64,000 nucleotides of DNA from Eledone cirrhosa. Taxonomy: Eukaryota. Under the pieces are notes generated by a model that searched no databases, was not told where the DNA came from, and saw nothing but the letters and a program-made list of their open reading frames with translations. Positions 1 through 13,201 of the stretch are shown piece by piece. A program made the translations under genes and the position numbers. Location of the stretch: assembly GCA_964016885.1 (NCBI GenBank), contig OZ024743.1, positions 67,394,001 to 67,458,000 on the forward strand, read 5' to 3'. The stretch's first letter is position 1, and each line of letters starts with the position of its first letter.

Positions 1-149
1 CACAAAAATACAATAGTAAATATAGAGTAATGTCAAAGGTTCTGAATGGCAAAACAGTTAAGTCAAAGGTTCAATTATTTGATCAGCAAAACATTGCATT
101 TCAGTGTACATTTTACGATAGGACTGAGCTCACATTATTAAAGCACCCA

Positions 150-343
150 GGGCGGTGGATTGGCAGTATCGGTAGGGGGTCAGACGCCATGCTTTGACGC
201 ACAGAGTTACGGCCCTTGCCATTCTGAGTTCAAATCCCGCCGAGGTTAACTTTGCCTTTCATCGTTACGAGGAAGATAATATAAAGTACTAGTAATACAC
301 TGGGATAATTGCTGGCCTTGTGCCAAACGTAGAAACAATTATT
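150..343 (+). mobile_element. tRNA-derived SINE (MetaSINE-like), full-length copy
   Basis: Head GGCGGTGGATTGGCAGTATCGGTAG, B-box-like GAGTTCAAATCCC, Meta-like domain AACTTTGCCTTTCATC...GATAA..TAAAGTAC, tail GGCCTTGTGCCAAA..AGAAACAATTATT. About 15 related copies in the window. Confidence 0.85.
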
Positions 344-429
344 AAAGCACCCAAACTAAACTTACGTTGGTTTGAGCTCGAAATTCCATTTGATTGCATC
401 TGACCCACTGAACCAACCATCACTTTCAA

Positions 430-1225
430 CATCGCTACCATTATAATCTAAACAATAACCACTACCACCATAATCACCTTCACCACCATCATCACCACCA
501 CCATCACTACCACCCCCACCCCACCCCACCACCATTATCTCCACCATCGAAACCACCACCATCATCACCACCACCATCACTACCACCGCCACCTCACTCC
601 CACCACCATGATCTCCACCATCGAAACCACCACCATCACCACCATCACCATCACTACCACCACCACCACCACCACCACCATTAACTCCACCATCGAAACC
701 ACCACCATCACTACCACCACCACCACCACTATCTCCACCATCGAAACCACCACCATCGCCGCCACCATCACCACCACCACCACCATTACTACCGCCACCG
801 GCTCCAACATTTATCACCACCATCGCTACCACCATCACCACAGATGATAGCAACATCGCCACCTCCAGCAGCAGTATTACCACGGTAACAACAACCGTTG
901 TCTTCACTACAACCACCACCACCACCACCACCACCACCACCACAACCACCACCACCACAACAACTACCACCACAACCACCACCACCACCACCACCACCAC
1001 CACCACCACCACAACTACCACCACAACCACCACAACCACCACCACCGCCACCACCACCACAACCACCACCACCACCACCACCACCTCCACCACAACAACC
1101 ACCACCACCAACACCACTACCACCACCACCACAACAACCACCACCACCACCACCACTACCACCACCACCACTACAACCACCACCACCACAACCACCACCA
1201 CAACCACCACCACCACCACCACCAT
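430..1225. repeat. (CCA)n/(CCACAA)n low-complexity tract
   Basis: Direct reading. It produces the poly-V/G/T/P ORFs. Confidence 0.95.
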
Positions 1226-1344
1226 GTATGTTACCCATTAGAGATAACGATCATGAATATTCCGTGTGTTTATATAGGTTGGTGATGTAGTCGGAAATGG
1301 ATGGGAAACTGTGAGGTGGGGAGGAGAGGGAGATGGCGTTGTTA

Positions 1345-1990
1345 TAGATGGTGGTGGTGATGGTGGTGGTGATGGTGGTTTTGGAGGGGGTGGTGATGGT
1401 GGTAGGTGATTACGGTGGTCGGGGTGGCGATGGTGGTGTTGGAGGAGGTGATTATGGTGGTGGGGGTGGTGATGGTGGTGGGTGATTACGGTGATCGGGA
1501 TGGCGACGGCGGTGTTGGAGGGGGTGATTATGGTGGTGGTGGTGGGGGGGGGGGGGTAGGTGATTACGGTGATCGGGATGGCGATGGCAGTGTTGGAGGG
1601 GGTGATTATGGTGGTGGGTGATTACGGTGGTCGGGGTGGCGATGGCGGTGTTGGAGGGGGTGATTATGGTGGTGGGGGTGGTGATGGTGGTAGGTGATTA
1701 CGGTGGTCATATTTGTGATGATGATGGTGCTGGGGTGATGATGGTGGAAGGGATATTGTTGGGGGGGGGGGGTGTCATGCTGGTAGAGAGGGTAGTGATT
1801 GCCATATTGGTGATGGTGATGGTGTTGGGGGGGAGTCATTGTGGTGGTTGTGGTTGTGATATTGGTGATGATGATGATCTTGGTGTTGGAAGGGGGCGTC
1901 ATGGTGGTGGAGGGTGTGGTGATTGTGATGTTAATGGTGGTGGGTGGGGTCTGTGTTTCTTATATTTGTGATGGTGTTGCTGATGCATAT
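1345..1990. repeat. (GGT)n-rich low-complexity tract with short imperfect tandem units (GGTGATTACGGTG.TCGGG.TGGCGATGG..GTGTTGGAGG)
   Basis: Direct reading. Strand polarity is opposite to 430-1225. Confidence 0.9.
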
Positions 1991-2380
1991 ACCGGTGATA
2001 AAGGGAATGAGGATTGTCATCATGAACCCCAACATGACCACCACTACTGCTATGAACAACATCATCATCAACATCATCTTCATCAATCCTATTCATCCTC
2101 AATAAATACCGACACCTCCAGCATCACATTCCCCCATCGTTTGTTATATTTCCGACCTTACACACACACGCACATACATATATATATATATTTCTATACA
2201 CACTCACACACACACACACATATATATATGTAAATATATATATGTATAAAACAGAGGATGTCTGTCTGTGTGTCTGTTTCCCTAAAACTCGAGAAGTACC
2301 CAACCGTTTTTTTTTCAAACTTTACACATGTAATCCGGAAGTGTTTTGAGCAAAAAAAATCTCAAATTTTCATTCTGCTA

Positions 2381-2433
<53 letters not shown>

Positions 2434-2673
2434 AGTATGTGTGTATACGTACATACATATATGTATACAGACATACAGTAGCATGCATATATATATATAT
2501 ATATATATACATATATACATACAGGTACACATACATATATGCACGTATCAGTTTAGCGGACGCTTATTATAACGCCGCTTTGTTCGTTTGTAAACAAACT
2601 GAACAGCCTGAATTTTTATGCCGTACGGTGTTAAGGCAACTACGTCACCTTTTTGTTCAACACTGACACAGGA

Positions 2674-2716
2674 ACGATGTACTAGTTTCAAGCTTGTTAG
2701 ATATCATCAGCATCGT
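2674..2716 (-). ncRNA. Minimal type I hammerhead ribozyme (family A)
   Basis: Reverse complement: ACGATG CTGATGA TATCTAACAAGCTT GAAA CTAG TA CATCGT. 6-bp helix I, palindromic helix III, GUA site. One mismatch in helix II. Confidence 0.85.
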
Positions 2717-2954
2717 ATACCCATCTGCCAGATAGTTGAACGTTCGAAAGTATATACTTTCCTTATGAAAATTAACGGCTGAGCAGCCTAATTTGCATAT
2801 CGAGTGAGCTAAGTCGGTCAGGCATACCGAAAACGATAAGTTGAAATAAAATGAAAACGAAATTTCATTTCTCACTCTTATACGGCACTTACTTAAATGT
2901 AAGTATGTGTGTATACGTACATACATATATGTATACAGACATACAGTAGCATGC

Positions 2955-2985
<31 letters not shown>

Positions 2986-3143
2986 TACATACAGGTACAC
3001 ATACATATATGCACGTATCAGTTTAGCGGACGCTTATTATAACGCCGCTTTGTTCGTTTGTAAACAAACTGAACAGCCTGAATTTTTATGCCGTACGGTG
3101 TTAAGGCAACCACGTCACCTTTTTGTTCAACACTGACACAGGA

Positions 3144-3186
3144 ACGATGTACTAGTTTCAAGCTTGTTAGATATCATCAGCATCGT
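3144..3186 (-). ncRNA. Minimal type I hammerhead ribozyme (family A, second unit)
   Basis: Same sequence as 2674-2716. Confidence 0.85.
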
Positions 3187-3497
3187 ATACCCATCTGCCA
3201 GATAGTTGAACGTTCGAAAGTATATATTTTCCTTATGAAAATTAACGGCTGAGCAGCCTAATTTGCATATCGAGTGAGCTAAGTCGGTCAGGCATACCGA
3301 AAACGATAAGTTGAAATAAAATGAAAACGAAATTTCATTTCTCACTCTTAGTACGGCACTTACTTAAATGTAAGTATGTGTGTATACGTACATACATATA
3401 TGTATACAGACATACAGTAGCATGCATATATATATATATATATATACATATATACATACAGGTACACATACATATATGCACGTATCAGTTTGGGTAT

Positions 3498-3540
3498 ACG
3501 ATGCTGATGATAGCTAACAAGCTTGAAACTAGTACATGGT
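3498..3540 (+). ncRNA. Minimal type I hammerhead ribozyme (family A, inverted unit)
   Basis: ACGATG CTGATGA TAGCT AACA AGCTT GAAA CTAG TA CATGGT. Helix II AGCT/AGCT is intact. Confidence 0.85.
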
Positions 3541-3857
3541 TCCTGTGTCAGTGTTGAACAAAAAGGTGACGTGGTTGCCTTAACACCGTACGGCATTAAC
3601 ATTCAGGCTGTTCAGTTTGTTTACAAACAAACAAAGCGGCGTTATAATAAGCGTCCGCTAAACTGATACGTGCATATATGTATGTATATATGTATATATA
3701 TATATATATATATATGCATGCTACTGTATGTCTGTATACATATATGTATGTACGTATACACACATACTTACATTTAAGTAAGTGCCGTACTAAGAGTGAG
3801 AAATGAAATTTCGTTTTCATTTTATTTCAACTTATATATATATATATATATGTATAT

Positions 3858-4130
3858 GAAATTGGTGTTTGATGATTAAAGAGTCCGTATGCGGTAGGCC
3901 GTATGAGCACTCGATGCCCTCATAGAACAGAGTATGATATTACAGAAAAAAGAGATTCAGTGTTGCGACGAAAGGAATTTATTGGACATATTACAATTGT
4001 TTCTCGGGCAACCAACTCGAGGCTCGATCGATATGGTGATCAAACCTGACTCTGAAATCGCGCGGTCCTCGGATACGTTTAGGAAAAGCTGCTTCGTAGA
4101 ATCGAGACGTATCCGTGATAAATATATATG
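3858..4130 (-). mobile_element. Family B HHR-bearing short element (long-helix-II HHR at ~3985-4078)
   Basis: Reverse complement: ACGTAT CCGAGGA ...~60 nt... GAAA CAATTG TA ATATGT, then AATAAA. Homologous to 18229-18518 and 50432-50780. Confidence 0.75.
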
Positions 4131-4142
4131 TATGTATATATA

Positions 4143-4320
4143 ATAAGTGTTTCTACTTTTGCACAAGGCCAGCAATTATCCCAGTGCATTACTGGTACTT
4201 TATTTTATCGACCCCATAAGGATGAAAGGCAAAGTTAACTGTATTTGAACTCAGAATCGCAAGGGCGGTAACTCTATGCGTCAAGGCATGGTGCCCGACC
4301 CTCTACCAATACTGCCAATC
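4143..4320 (-). mobile_element. MetaSINE-like SINE
   Basis: Reverse complement of the 150-343 family. Confidence 0.85.
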
Positions 4321-4523
4321 CTTATATAATAATACAAGGACGAATGGTTACTCCTTCATTGCGTTTATTGGTTGGTGACGCGCGTTTCTCTACAGATCAG
4401 CCCAAGTTTAATTCTGTATCGATCCAGCCCGACTCTGGAATCAAAAGCGTGTCGGATCTCTGTAGTAGTTATGACAGAGTGCTTACCCGGATGAACCTAC
4501 AATAACTCCGCGTTACACGCCCT

Positions 4524-4595
<72 letters not shown>

Positions 4596-4949
4596 TATAA
4601 TTTGAATTAAACCTCGGTTGGTCACAGCTGGACCGATTTTGGTCAAACTTTAATAGAACCAGTATTAACCCGAGGTAAAACAGAAATAACCACATCACAT
4701 CATCTGAATATCTAATGAGAATCATTTCCTTGTGATTTTATTGTTAAACTCACTTAAATGGCGAACAAAACATGTTATACTAGTTAGATATTTGCTTTTG
4801 TTCGACGTTCAAATCTCTTTAAACTTAAGTCAAGTTAACTTAGACTTTTATCATTCTGAGGATGACATAGTGAACGACACCACTACAACTAATAAAGAGT
4901 TTGCGACTGTAAGCCTATTTTTGCCTTGTTTCTATATTATGATTAAATT

Positions 4950-5300
4950 AAGGCGGTGGACTGGCAGTATCGGTAGAGGGTAGGAGGCCATTCTTTGACG
5001 CATAAAGTTACGGCCCTTAATGATCTGAGTTCAAATCGCGCCAAGGTTAACTTTGCCTTTCATCCTTAAGAGGTCGATAAAATAAAGTACCAGTAATGTA
5101 GTGAGTAATTGATGGCCTTGTGCGAAAAGTAGAAACAATTATTAATAAATTAAGATTCAAATCCCGCTGAGGTTAACTTTGCCTTTCATCCTTACGGGGT
5201 CGACAAAATAAAGCACCTGTAACGTACTGGTTTCGATTTACCCCCCCCCCCCCCCAAAAAAAAAATTACTCTCCTTGTGCCTATAGTAGAATTCATTATT
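4950..5300 (+). mobile_element. Two tandem MetaSINE-like copies (4950-5143 full, 5155-5300 partial)
   Basis: Same diagnostic motifs as 150-343. Confidence 0.85.
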
Positions 5301-5309
5301 AAATTAAGG

Positions 5310-5603
5310 TGGATTTGGTGGATTGTGGTTAGGGTGCGCGGCCCACGAATGTAAGCATGAGTTCGATTCCTGATAGCGTCTTTTCTCCTTGAGTTAGACC
5401 ACGTATTCTACGTTGTTCCGTTTCACACAGCTGGTAACAAAATAAGTTGTTCCTTTAATTCAAACTGTCCGATTTTATCACAGAATTTTCATGCTGCATC
5501 TCCCTGAGAACGGTGCTATGGGTTCACGTTAAATTCTTGAGCAGGCTGTTCCGTTGTTTGAAAAACTGGAACGCACGTATTCAGAACCGACAGAAGTCCA
5601 GCA
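5310..5603 (+). mobile_element. Degenerate tRNA-derived CORE-type SINE
   Basis: TGGTTAGGG...GAGTTCGATTCC head and CORE-like CCTTGAGTTAGACCAC. Related to 39890-40240. Confidence 0.6.
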
Positions 5604-6291
5604 CACACACGCGTTCACACACACGCATGCATATATATATATATATATATGAACACACAGTCATACACACACATACACGCACCCACCCACAGATATACAC
5701 GCATATATATATATATATACATGCAAACACACAGAGGCATGTACACATAAACACATTCCGTAAAAACAATATGGAGATTTATTGCAGAAGAAATGAAAAC
5801 CCAACAAGCCCTACCTAATATTTCCAGTATTTCCATAATACTCATTGATTTTAGTTTTATCCTAAATCTAAAAATCCTATTAGGATTTCACGGATGTAGA
5901 GTGATTAAAAAATTATGTTCAAACTTGAATTGATTTGAAAATTACTTTTTAAAGAAGGAATTAATTCATTTCATTCTAATAGATCGAGCAGAACTCTGAT
6001 CAAAAGAATTCCTCAGTCGAATGATCCGATGAAGTAGAGCCTATACGGAGTCTTGATTTGTTAAAAATAACAGCGAAATGTCACCCTTATCACAACTTAG
6101 AATATTTAAACAGGAAGTAAATTGTGGATAATGTCGTCATTGACAGAAGTGATGGTCACGGTTTGAACCTCTGATCATTGATCTGGTCGATCAGAAGTCA
6201 AGTTTAGCTAACCGGCAACATAACTATACCAGAAATCAAACAGAACGATTATGAAAACAACAACAGATATAATATCTAAGACATGTCAGCA

Positions 6292-6365
<74 letters not shown>

Positions 6366-6519
6366 GTTGTGTAGTTACGGAGTTAGCTTCGCAACCATGT
6401 AGTTTCTGCGTCAGTCACACTGCGCGTCATCTTCGGCAGGCGTCTTGTTCTATATTCCCAGGTTGAGCAATAACATATGAAGGAAATTTACTAGAGGGAG
6501 ACTGCAGAGGCAAGTTACA

Positions 6520-6569
<50 letters not shown>

Positions 6570-7006
6570 TATACGACACGTGAGTGTATGTTGTATTTAC
6601 GTTTGTATCACTGTTTGTGTTTTTATCTGGTAACTAATGGTTCAACAAAAAGGGATTGATAAAATAAGAAACTGATTTTAAAAAAATAAGTTCGGAGGTC
6701 TTTTAAATTTCACACAATTTCCCCTTAAATATTCGTTCCTTTCGCCTAGCTTGTTTTCCAATATTATTTTGCATATTTACACCAGTAATTAGAAACTGTT
6801 CACTGCACTGCAACTTTTGTCTTTTAGAAACCACTGAATTATTCGTCAGACAACAATAATTCTTAACACACACTCCCCACTGACGCACAAGCATAGGAAC
6901 ACACAAAATACAAAGAAATTAGAAACCCCTCACTACTTCCAAACATATAACTCTAAAAATATCCTTCATGGTGCATAGGAAACAATAAATGCTATAAGAT
7001 TTCATA

Positions 7007-8150
7007 CAGTGTGTCTATAAAAAAAAGCTAAATCCATGTACTTATGTGTGGCTGTATATTCATTTTCCAACCAATCAACTTTAAATTTCATGACATAGCA
7101 GATACAGAGACCGGGTAGACAAGTTCCCATCTGAGCTTCAGCTCTGGATTTTCATTGTAAAACTCTACTATAAGTGTAGCTCTTACAAACAGGTCCAAGA
7201 GCAATTTCATACATTTTTTGGAGAGAACATATCTGCCTTCAAAGCCAATAACAAAACTGGGTGAAAAGGTTTGAGAACTATGGGACAGCGGAGAAACTCA
7301 ATACAATGTCTGAGGACCGCCATAGCCATTCTTGACGACATAGAAAGCGTGCGCTGTTTGAACAGAGCACAAAATGATCCCTGCTCTAAAGCAAGAAGGG
7401 TTGTCTTAAGAAGTACTCTTACAGAATACAGACTAAACAATAGTTGATAAGACCAAGAGAAAGGTTACAGCGGAGAAAATGATGGAGAAGGTGGAAAATA
7501 ACACAAATTTTCTGAATCTGCTGTGGAACTTTAATAAGCACACCTTCAATTAGAGGGGAAGATCAACTTTAAGAACAATGTGTTTTTGAGGTCTGGGAAA
7601 CCAGCTGAAGTGAATTTGTAACCTCTCCCCTCTGCTAAATGTACCGTCTGTGCGATCATGCCTGAGAGAGGGTTAACTGGCCCATTCTTTCTCGAAGAAA
7701 ATGGTGTCTCTGCTATAGCAAAAAGAAAAGGACCGCTATAAAGGCACTGGAAGACTTCAAGAATGAGTTACAGACAATGTATTCATCTCCAATGAATCTC
7801 GAGAATGGCTGAAAAATAACTTTTGAAGTTGTGTGATCAGTTTGGAAACTAATTCCGTGTAGGCAGCACCGAACCTTGATTTAAGATACCTAGATATCTT
7901 TCTTTGAGGATATACGCTAACAAACACTTGGCCGTCACTGAATTTAATGAAAACATCAGTGAGGAATCAGAAGTATCCCTAGGTTTCTTTGTAAAAATGT
8001 TATGCTAAATTTCACCATGCGCCCCAAGAAATGGATTCAAATGGGTATCTCTTGAAATATATGCATTTACTCTGCTCAGAAACTTCAGAATATAGCTAAC
8101 TTCATAAGTTTTTGTCATTAGGGGTTTTCATATTTATAGAGACAAATGAT
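7007..8150 (+). pseudogene. Decayed Tc1/mariner (maT/DD37D-like) DNA transposon
   Basis: TA-CAGTGTGTCTATAAA left end and an imperfect inverted counterpart at ~8133-8150. Relic motifs LWNFNKHTF..GKINFKNN (cf. WFSDEAHF..G.VNKQN), AKCTVCAIMPERGLTGPFFLEEN and PNLDL..LDIFL*GY (cf. SPDL.P.DFFLWGY). Many stops and frameshifts. Confidence 0.75.
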
Positions 8151-8199
8151 TTTGTGGTAATCCTGAATTTATTGTACATAAAGGCTACGCAAGGGAAGT

Positions 8200-9340
8200 A
8201 ACAGGAAGATACAGATATATTTAAGGGTTTCACAGTTTGGTGCATTTTGAATGCACGATTGCAAGTATTGGAACCGGACAAGTCGTGAAGTCGTTTGGAG
8301 TGAAATTCCGCAACTCAAAATTGGGGATAAAATAATTGGCGTGTCTTTCGTCACCACCAACAATAACATTGACATGCACTAATGATCAAATAGAGCAATT
8401 CAAGCAGCTCTGAAAAGCCCCTCTGTAGCTGGCTTGCTAATTCCTGAACTGGTATTGAAGAAGGTGTTTAATATCTGTTTTCCCCTAAACTGGCACCTGC
8501 ATCGCACTGTTCAAACAGTTCCAGGAACGTTGGAACTCCAGTAATAAGTCTCATTATCAAACACATCTGTTCGATGAAGAGAACATAGAAGATTGTTTCA
8601 AGCAAAAGAAGGAAATTGTTGAATATCTACTGATTGTACTACTTTCTGGGACCCACACCAGAGAAGACTATGTCGAATTTATAAAGCTCTCTCTTCTTTA
8701 TTTTAAGGGTTGACCATCTCCTCAGTCATCCTTCTTGGTCGTTAGATGGCGAATACCATATATTTGTCCAAGATAGTTTTGTTTACAGAACAACGTATGT
8801 TTACTCTACGTAGGTCGTGAGATCAACAAATGATCGATTAGTTTGTGAATTTGGTGCATGTAAAATTCTGGACCGAAGTCTTGGTTCTCAGATGTGATCC
8901 AAAAATGATCCCGGATTGATAAAACAGCTACCGTGGTATCGTGACCAACAGATCACAACTGGGGTAGAGGGTCCTTCGGCGTCACCTGTGGTATTTGGCG
9001 TTTTTGACGAGAAATCTGGACTGGCAGAGAAGCAAACATGCTCGAAACTCTAATAAACGTAGAAAATACAGGAGAGTATGAGGAAGGTCAAATGAAAAGT
9101 TTTGGCTTTTGGCAACAAAAGGCTGAGTGACATGGTTACAAAAACAACTTCTTCCTTCTTGTCGACATCGTCACAGATAATTGGAATTTTTCACTGAGGG
9201 TAATATCAAAGGACTTGTTGAGAACGTGAAAGTTGTAAACGACACTGCTGAGATAAGAATTTCTCTCATAAAGAGAGTTAATAATTCTGCGAAGGTTGAA
9301 ACAATTGCTTCTAAAAGTTGTTGCGTAGCCAAGGAAACAA
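8200..9340 (+). pseudogene. Decayed hAT-superfamily (hATm-like) transposase
   Basis: Relic motifs in order: SFVTT (cf. FDTT), ELVLKKVF, TREDYVEFIKL (cf. RDDY.EL), MANTIYLSKIVLF, RHLWYL, VKVVNDTAE (cf. VVND.AER). Confidence 0.65.
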
Positions 9341-9534
9341 GTCGCATTAAGGTTAAAGGGGCAATTACCCACTGTATCCCCAATATTACTGTGTATATAG
9401 AACGTATTTCTTCTGCTTATATTCATTTCGTTTGTCTGTTGACTATCATTTCAACAGGACCCTCAGAGGACAAAACGGGGCATTTCCTTTAATACATTTC
9501 ATTAATAAAACGTTTTTTTTTCTATTTAACCCAA

Positions 9535-9724
9535 ATAATTGTTTCTACTTTTGGCACAAACCCAGCAATTATCCCAGTGTATTACGGGTACTTTATTTTA
9601 TCGACTCCGTAAGGATGAAAGGCAAAGTTAACCTCGGCGAGATTTGAACTCAGATCATAAAGGGCCGTAACGCTTTGCAGCAAAGTATGGCAACCGACCT
9701 TCTAGCAATACTGCCATCCACCGC
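9535..9724 (-). mobile_element. MetaSINE-like SINE
   Basis: Reverse complement of the 150-343 family. Confidence 0.85.
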
Positions 9725-11857
9725 ACTATTTAACCCAAATAATATTGCTTATTTAGAACGTATTACTTATTTTAATTTAATTTCGTTCTGTCGTCTGCTT
9801 TTCTCATAGAATTTAGTAAAATGAAGAGAAAGTTCAAGTCAGGTCAGGTCCAAAAGGTCTTTATAAATATAAATATGTGAAAGTTGGTAAATTCTAAATA
9901 GTATTCAATAGATCAGCGTAAGTCATTTCATCAACTCGAACACACGCATATTCGACATGAGATTATTGGTGATAGTTTGAAATATGAAACACACGATCCG
10001 TTGTTCAGGCTACGCGAAAATAAATTATGTCACAGTTACATATGGAACATGTACAAGTGTGTGAAAAAAAAAAAAAAAAAAAAGAAACATCAAAATGATC
10101 TTCAGAATTATTCATAAACTTCGTGAAAAGTTCTTTTAAAATAAAAAAAAAAATCTTTCTAAAAATATCTAAAACATTAACTTAAACTTATTTTAAAATT
10201 TTTCGAGAAGTTTCAGTAAAATTTTAGAAGAGTTTTTCAGAATATTTTTTAGAATATTTTCTAGAATATTGAAAACATTTTAATAGCTTTCATAGAATAG
10301 TTTATGAAAGTTTATATAATAGAAACTTTTGAGAAACAATTTGAGAAAAATGTTTGGGAAATTTTCGAAAATTACACATCTCTATAAATTATCTATCAAA
10401 TATGACCATCTACATGCTGGATCGCTAAATCAATTTTATTTTATTTTATATTTATTCAAATGTACTTTTGAATAGAAACAATTACATTTACTTTTTTAGT
10501 GTTCGTAGTGGAGGGTGTGATAGAGGAGATGATGCGAATGTGCTGTATGTGGTGGTGGCGGCCGCAGTATCAGGAGGGAAACAGAGAATAAAATAATTGT
10601 TCGGGTTATGCAAAATGTAATTTTTAGTGTGTAAAACAATTTTAAAAATATTAAAATTTCCTTGAAAGTTTTCCTCCAAAGAATTGGTAAAAACCGTTCG
10701 TCGAAATCTGCTTCAATTTTTTTCTGAAACATGTTCAAAATGTTTCGTATGACTTTCATTAAAACCTTTTTCCTAAAAAGTTTCTCAAATATTTAATAAA
10801 AATTCTAAAACATTTCCCGAAATTTCCTTAAAACATTTCCAAAGCTTTTCAAAAAATTATCAAAACAATATTTAAAATTGTTCTCAATATTTTTCAAACT
10901 TCTTCATTTATAGTGCAAATTATGTGAATTTTTGAGAAAAACGTTTTGAGAACTTTAATGCATATTCTGAGAGACTATTTCGAAAACATTTTGACAGAAA
11001 GTTTGAGGGAGTTATTTGAAAAAATTTGAGGAAATTTTAATGAAATCTTTTGAAAATTGTAAAAAAGATTTTGTTGGAAATATTTAAAAAAAGGAAAAAA
11101 GGGTGGGGGAAAGCTTTTAGAAAATTTTTGTTGAAAGCTTTTCGAAAATACGTTGATAATATTTTAAAGAAATATTCAGGCTAATTTCCCGGAATTTCTA
11201 ACGCAAATTTTGAATAATTATGAGGAATATATTTGTTGAAAGGTTTGGAATATGTTTCATAAAATTTCTGTAAATCATTTAACATTAATGCAAACGCTAA
11301 TTATCTGATAATTAGTTTTTGAGCCATTACGCACCTTCACTTTAAATTGTCTTCAAATATAGCCATTCATATACTGTCTTACAAACTGTGGTGTATTCAC
11401 ATTTAATTTATATCTATTCGAAAGTACGTTTGAATAGAGACAATTTAAAACATTTTCTGTAGCTGTAGTTTAGAGAAGGGATAATGAGTATGAGAAATTC
11501 GGAACAAAACTTCGAATATATTTAACAAAGTTTGAGAAACATCTTTATATATGTTTAGATAAACATTTTTACAAACAATTAAAACAAATATAAATATGGG
11601 TTAATAATAAAAATAATAATAAAAATAATTGTTTCTACTTTTTGAAAAATAATAATATTCGATTTACAAGCAAACGGCCTCATTATGCTATGCTTTGATT
11701 TTGATAACTATCGTCATCCTTTTATTCAACAGGAACACCGAAGAAATTGTGAGTTAACATTTGAAATCTTAAACAATATATTAAAGCAAATATTTGAAAC
11801 ATTTTGCGGAAAAGTTCTAGGGTGTTGTGGACAAAACATTTAGATTGTTTACTTAAG

Positions 11858-11975
<118 letters not shown>

Positions 11976-11977
11976 TG

Positions 11978-12425
<448 letters not shown>

Positions 12426-12431
12426 ACACAC

Positions 12432-12494
<63 letters not shown>

Positions 12495-12525
12495 ATATTT
12501 CTCCACACACATATATATGAAATAT

Positions 12526-13159
12526 ATATTTCTCCACACACAGACTATATCAATCATATAAAGAATTTGCCACCAGATCTACCAACCTAACACTCTTATT
12601 TACCTACCTAAGTGCCTCTACCACACATATCTCTCTGCCACACTATATAAACAAGACGCACATGCGTGCCACACATATAACACTTGCACTATATAACCGC
12701 TTATCTTCATGTTGTATTTTAACCTATATCTTTGATTTTTGATTGTACCTATTAATATAAATGTAATCTCGAAGTGTGTACTGCCACTCTAAATTCTGTA
12801 ATGAATGTTGACCCACAATGTTTGAATATGTATCAATGTTTGAATATGTATTGGGATGTCTCTCGGCTGAAAAGGAGGTCATATAACTGTCCATGCATTA
12901 ATAAATTGCTCCGAAGAATCCAAACCTCGGTTTGGAGGAAACAGCTGTAAGCCAATAATGTTTTGAACAGTTCTTTGATTCTTATATTTCATATAACTGC
13001 TCTGTAAATCATCTGATGTCTTTACATTGAGCTACTTAACTTACTGGTAATAAGGTAGTAATACAATACTGCCTACCACTATTTAGGGTGTGTGTAAAAT
13101 ACTTACAACTGCTTAAGGTTTTGTATTTGCATAACCATAAATAGTATAACTAATACTAT
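12526..13159 (+). repeat. 5' pseudo-LTR of the PLE
   Basis: Near-identical to 16737-17349 except ~20 extra nt just upstream of the HHR. Confidence 0.92.
12905..12956 (+). ncRNA. Minimal hammerhead ribozyme in the 5' pLTR (U4C core)
   Basis: ATTGCT CCGAAGA A TCCAAAC CTCG GTTTGGA G GAAA CAGCTG TA AGCCAAT. 7-bp helix II and palindromic helix III. Confidence 0.8.
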
Positions 13160-13201
13160 TAACTGCTCCATATCGTTGAGCTGACATATAATATTGCCAA
13201 T

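Larger units (their letters stand above)
2428..3833. mobile_element. Family A retrozyme-like / non-autonomous PLE array: ~2.2 direct 470-bp units followed by an inverted partial unit, flanked by (TA)n
   Basis: Near-identical units 470 bp apart (2674 vs 3144). Inversion junction at ~3491. One HHR per unit. Confidence 0.85.

Noticed and set aside
150-343. tRNA genes at SINE heads
   Set aside because: A/B boxes run into SINE body and tail, there is no complete cloverleaf, and the copies are many and diverged.
362-2233. Poly-V/G/P/T ORFs as real proteins (extensin- or glycine-rich)
   Set aside because: They are open in several frames on both strands purely because of triplet repeats, with no splice or domain evidence.
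10080-11660. AT-rich AAAA/TTTT-phased region as an element or ORFs
   Set aside because: Low complexity with only one short loose direct repeat (~10440-10520 vs ~11400-11480) and no identifiable motifs.
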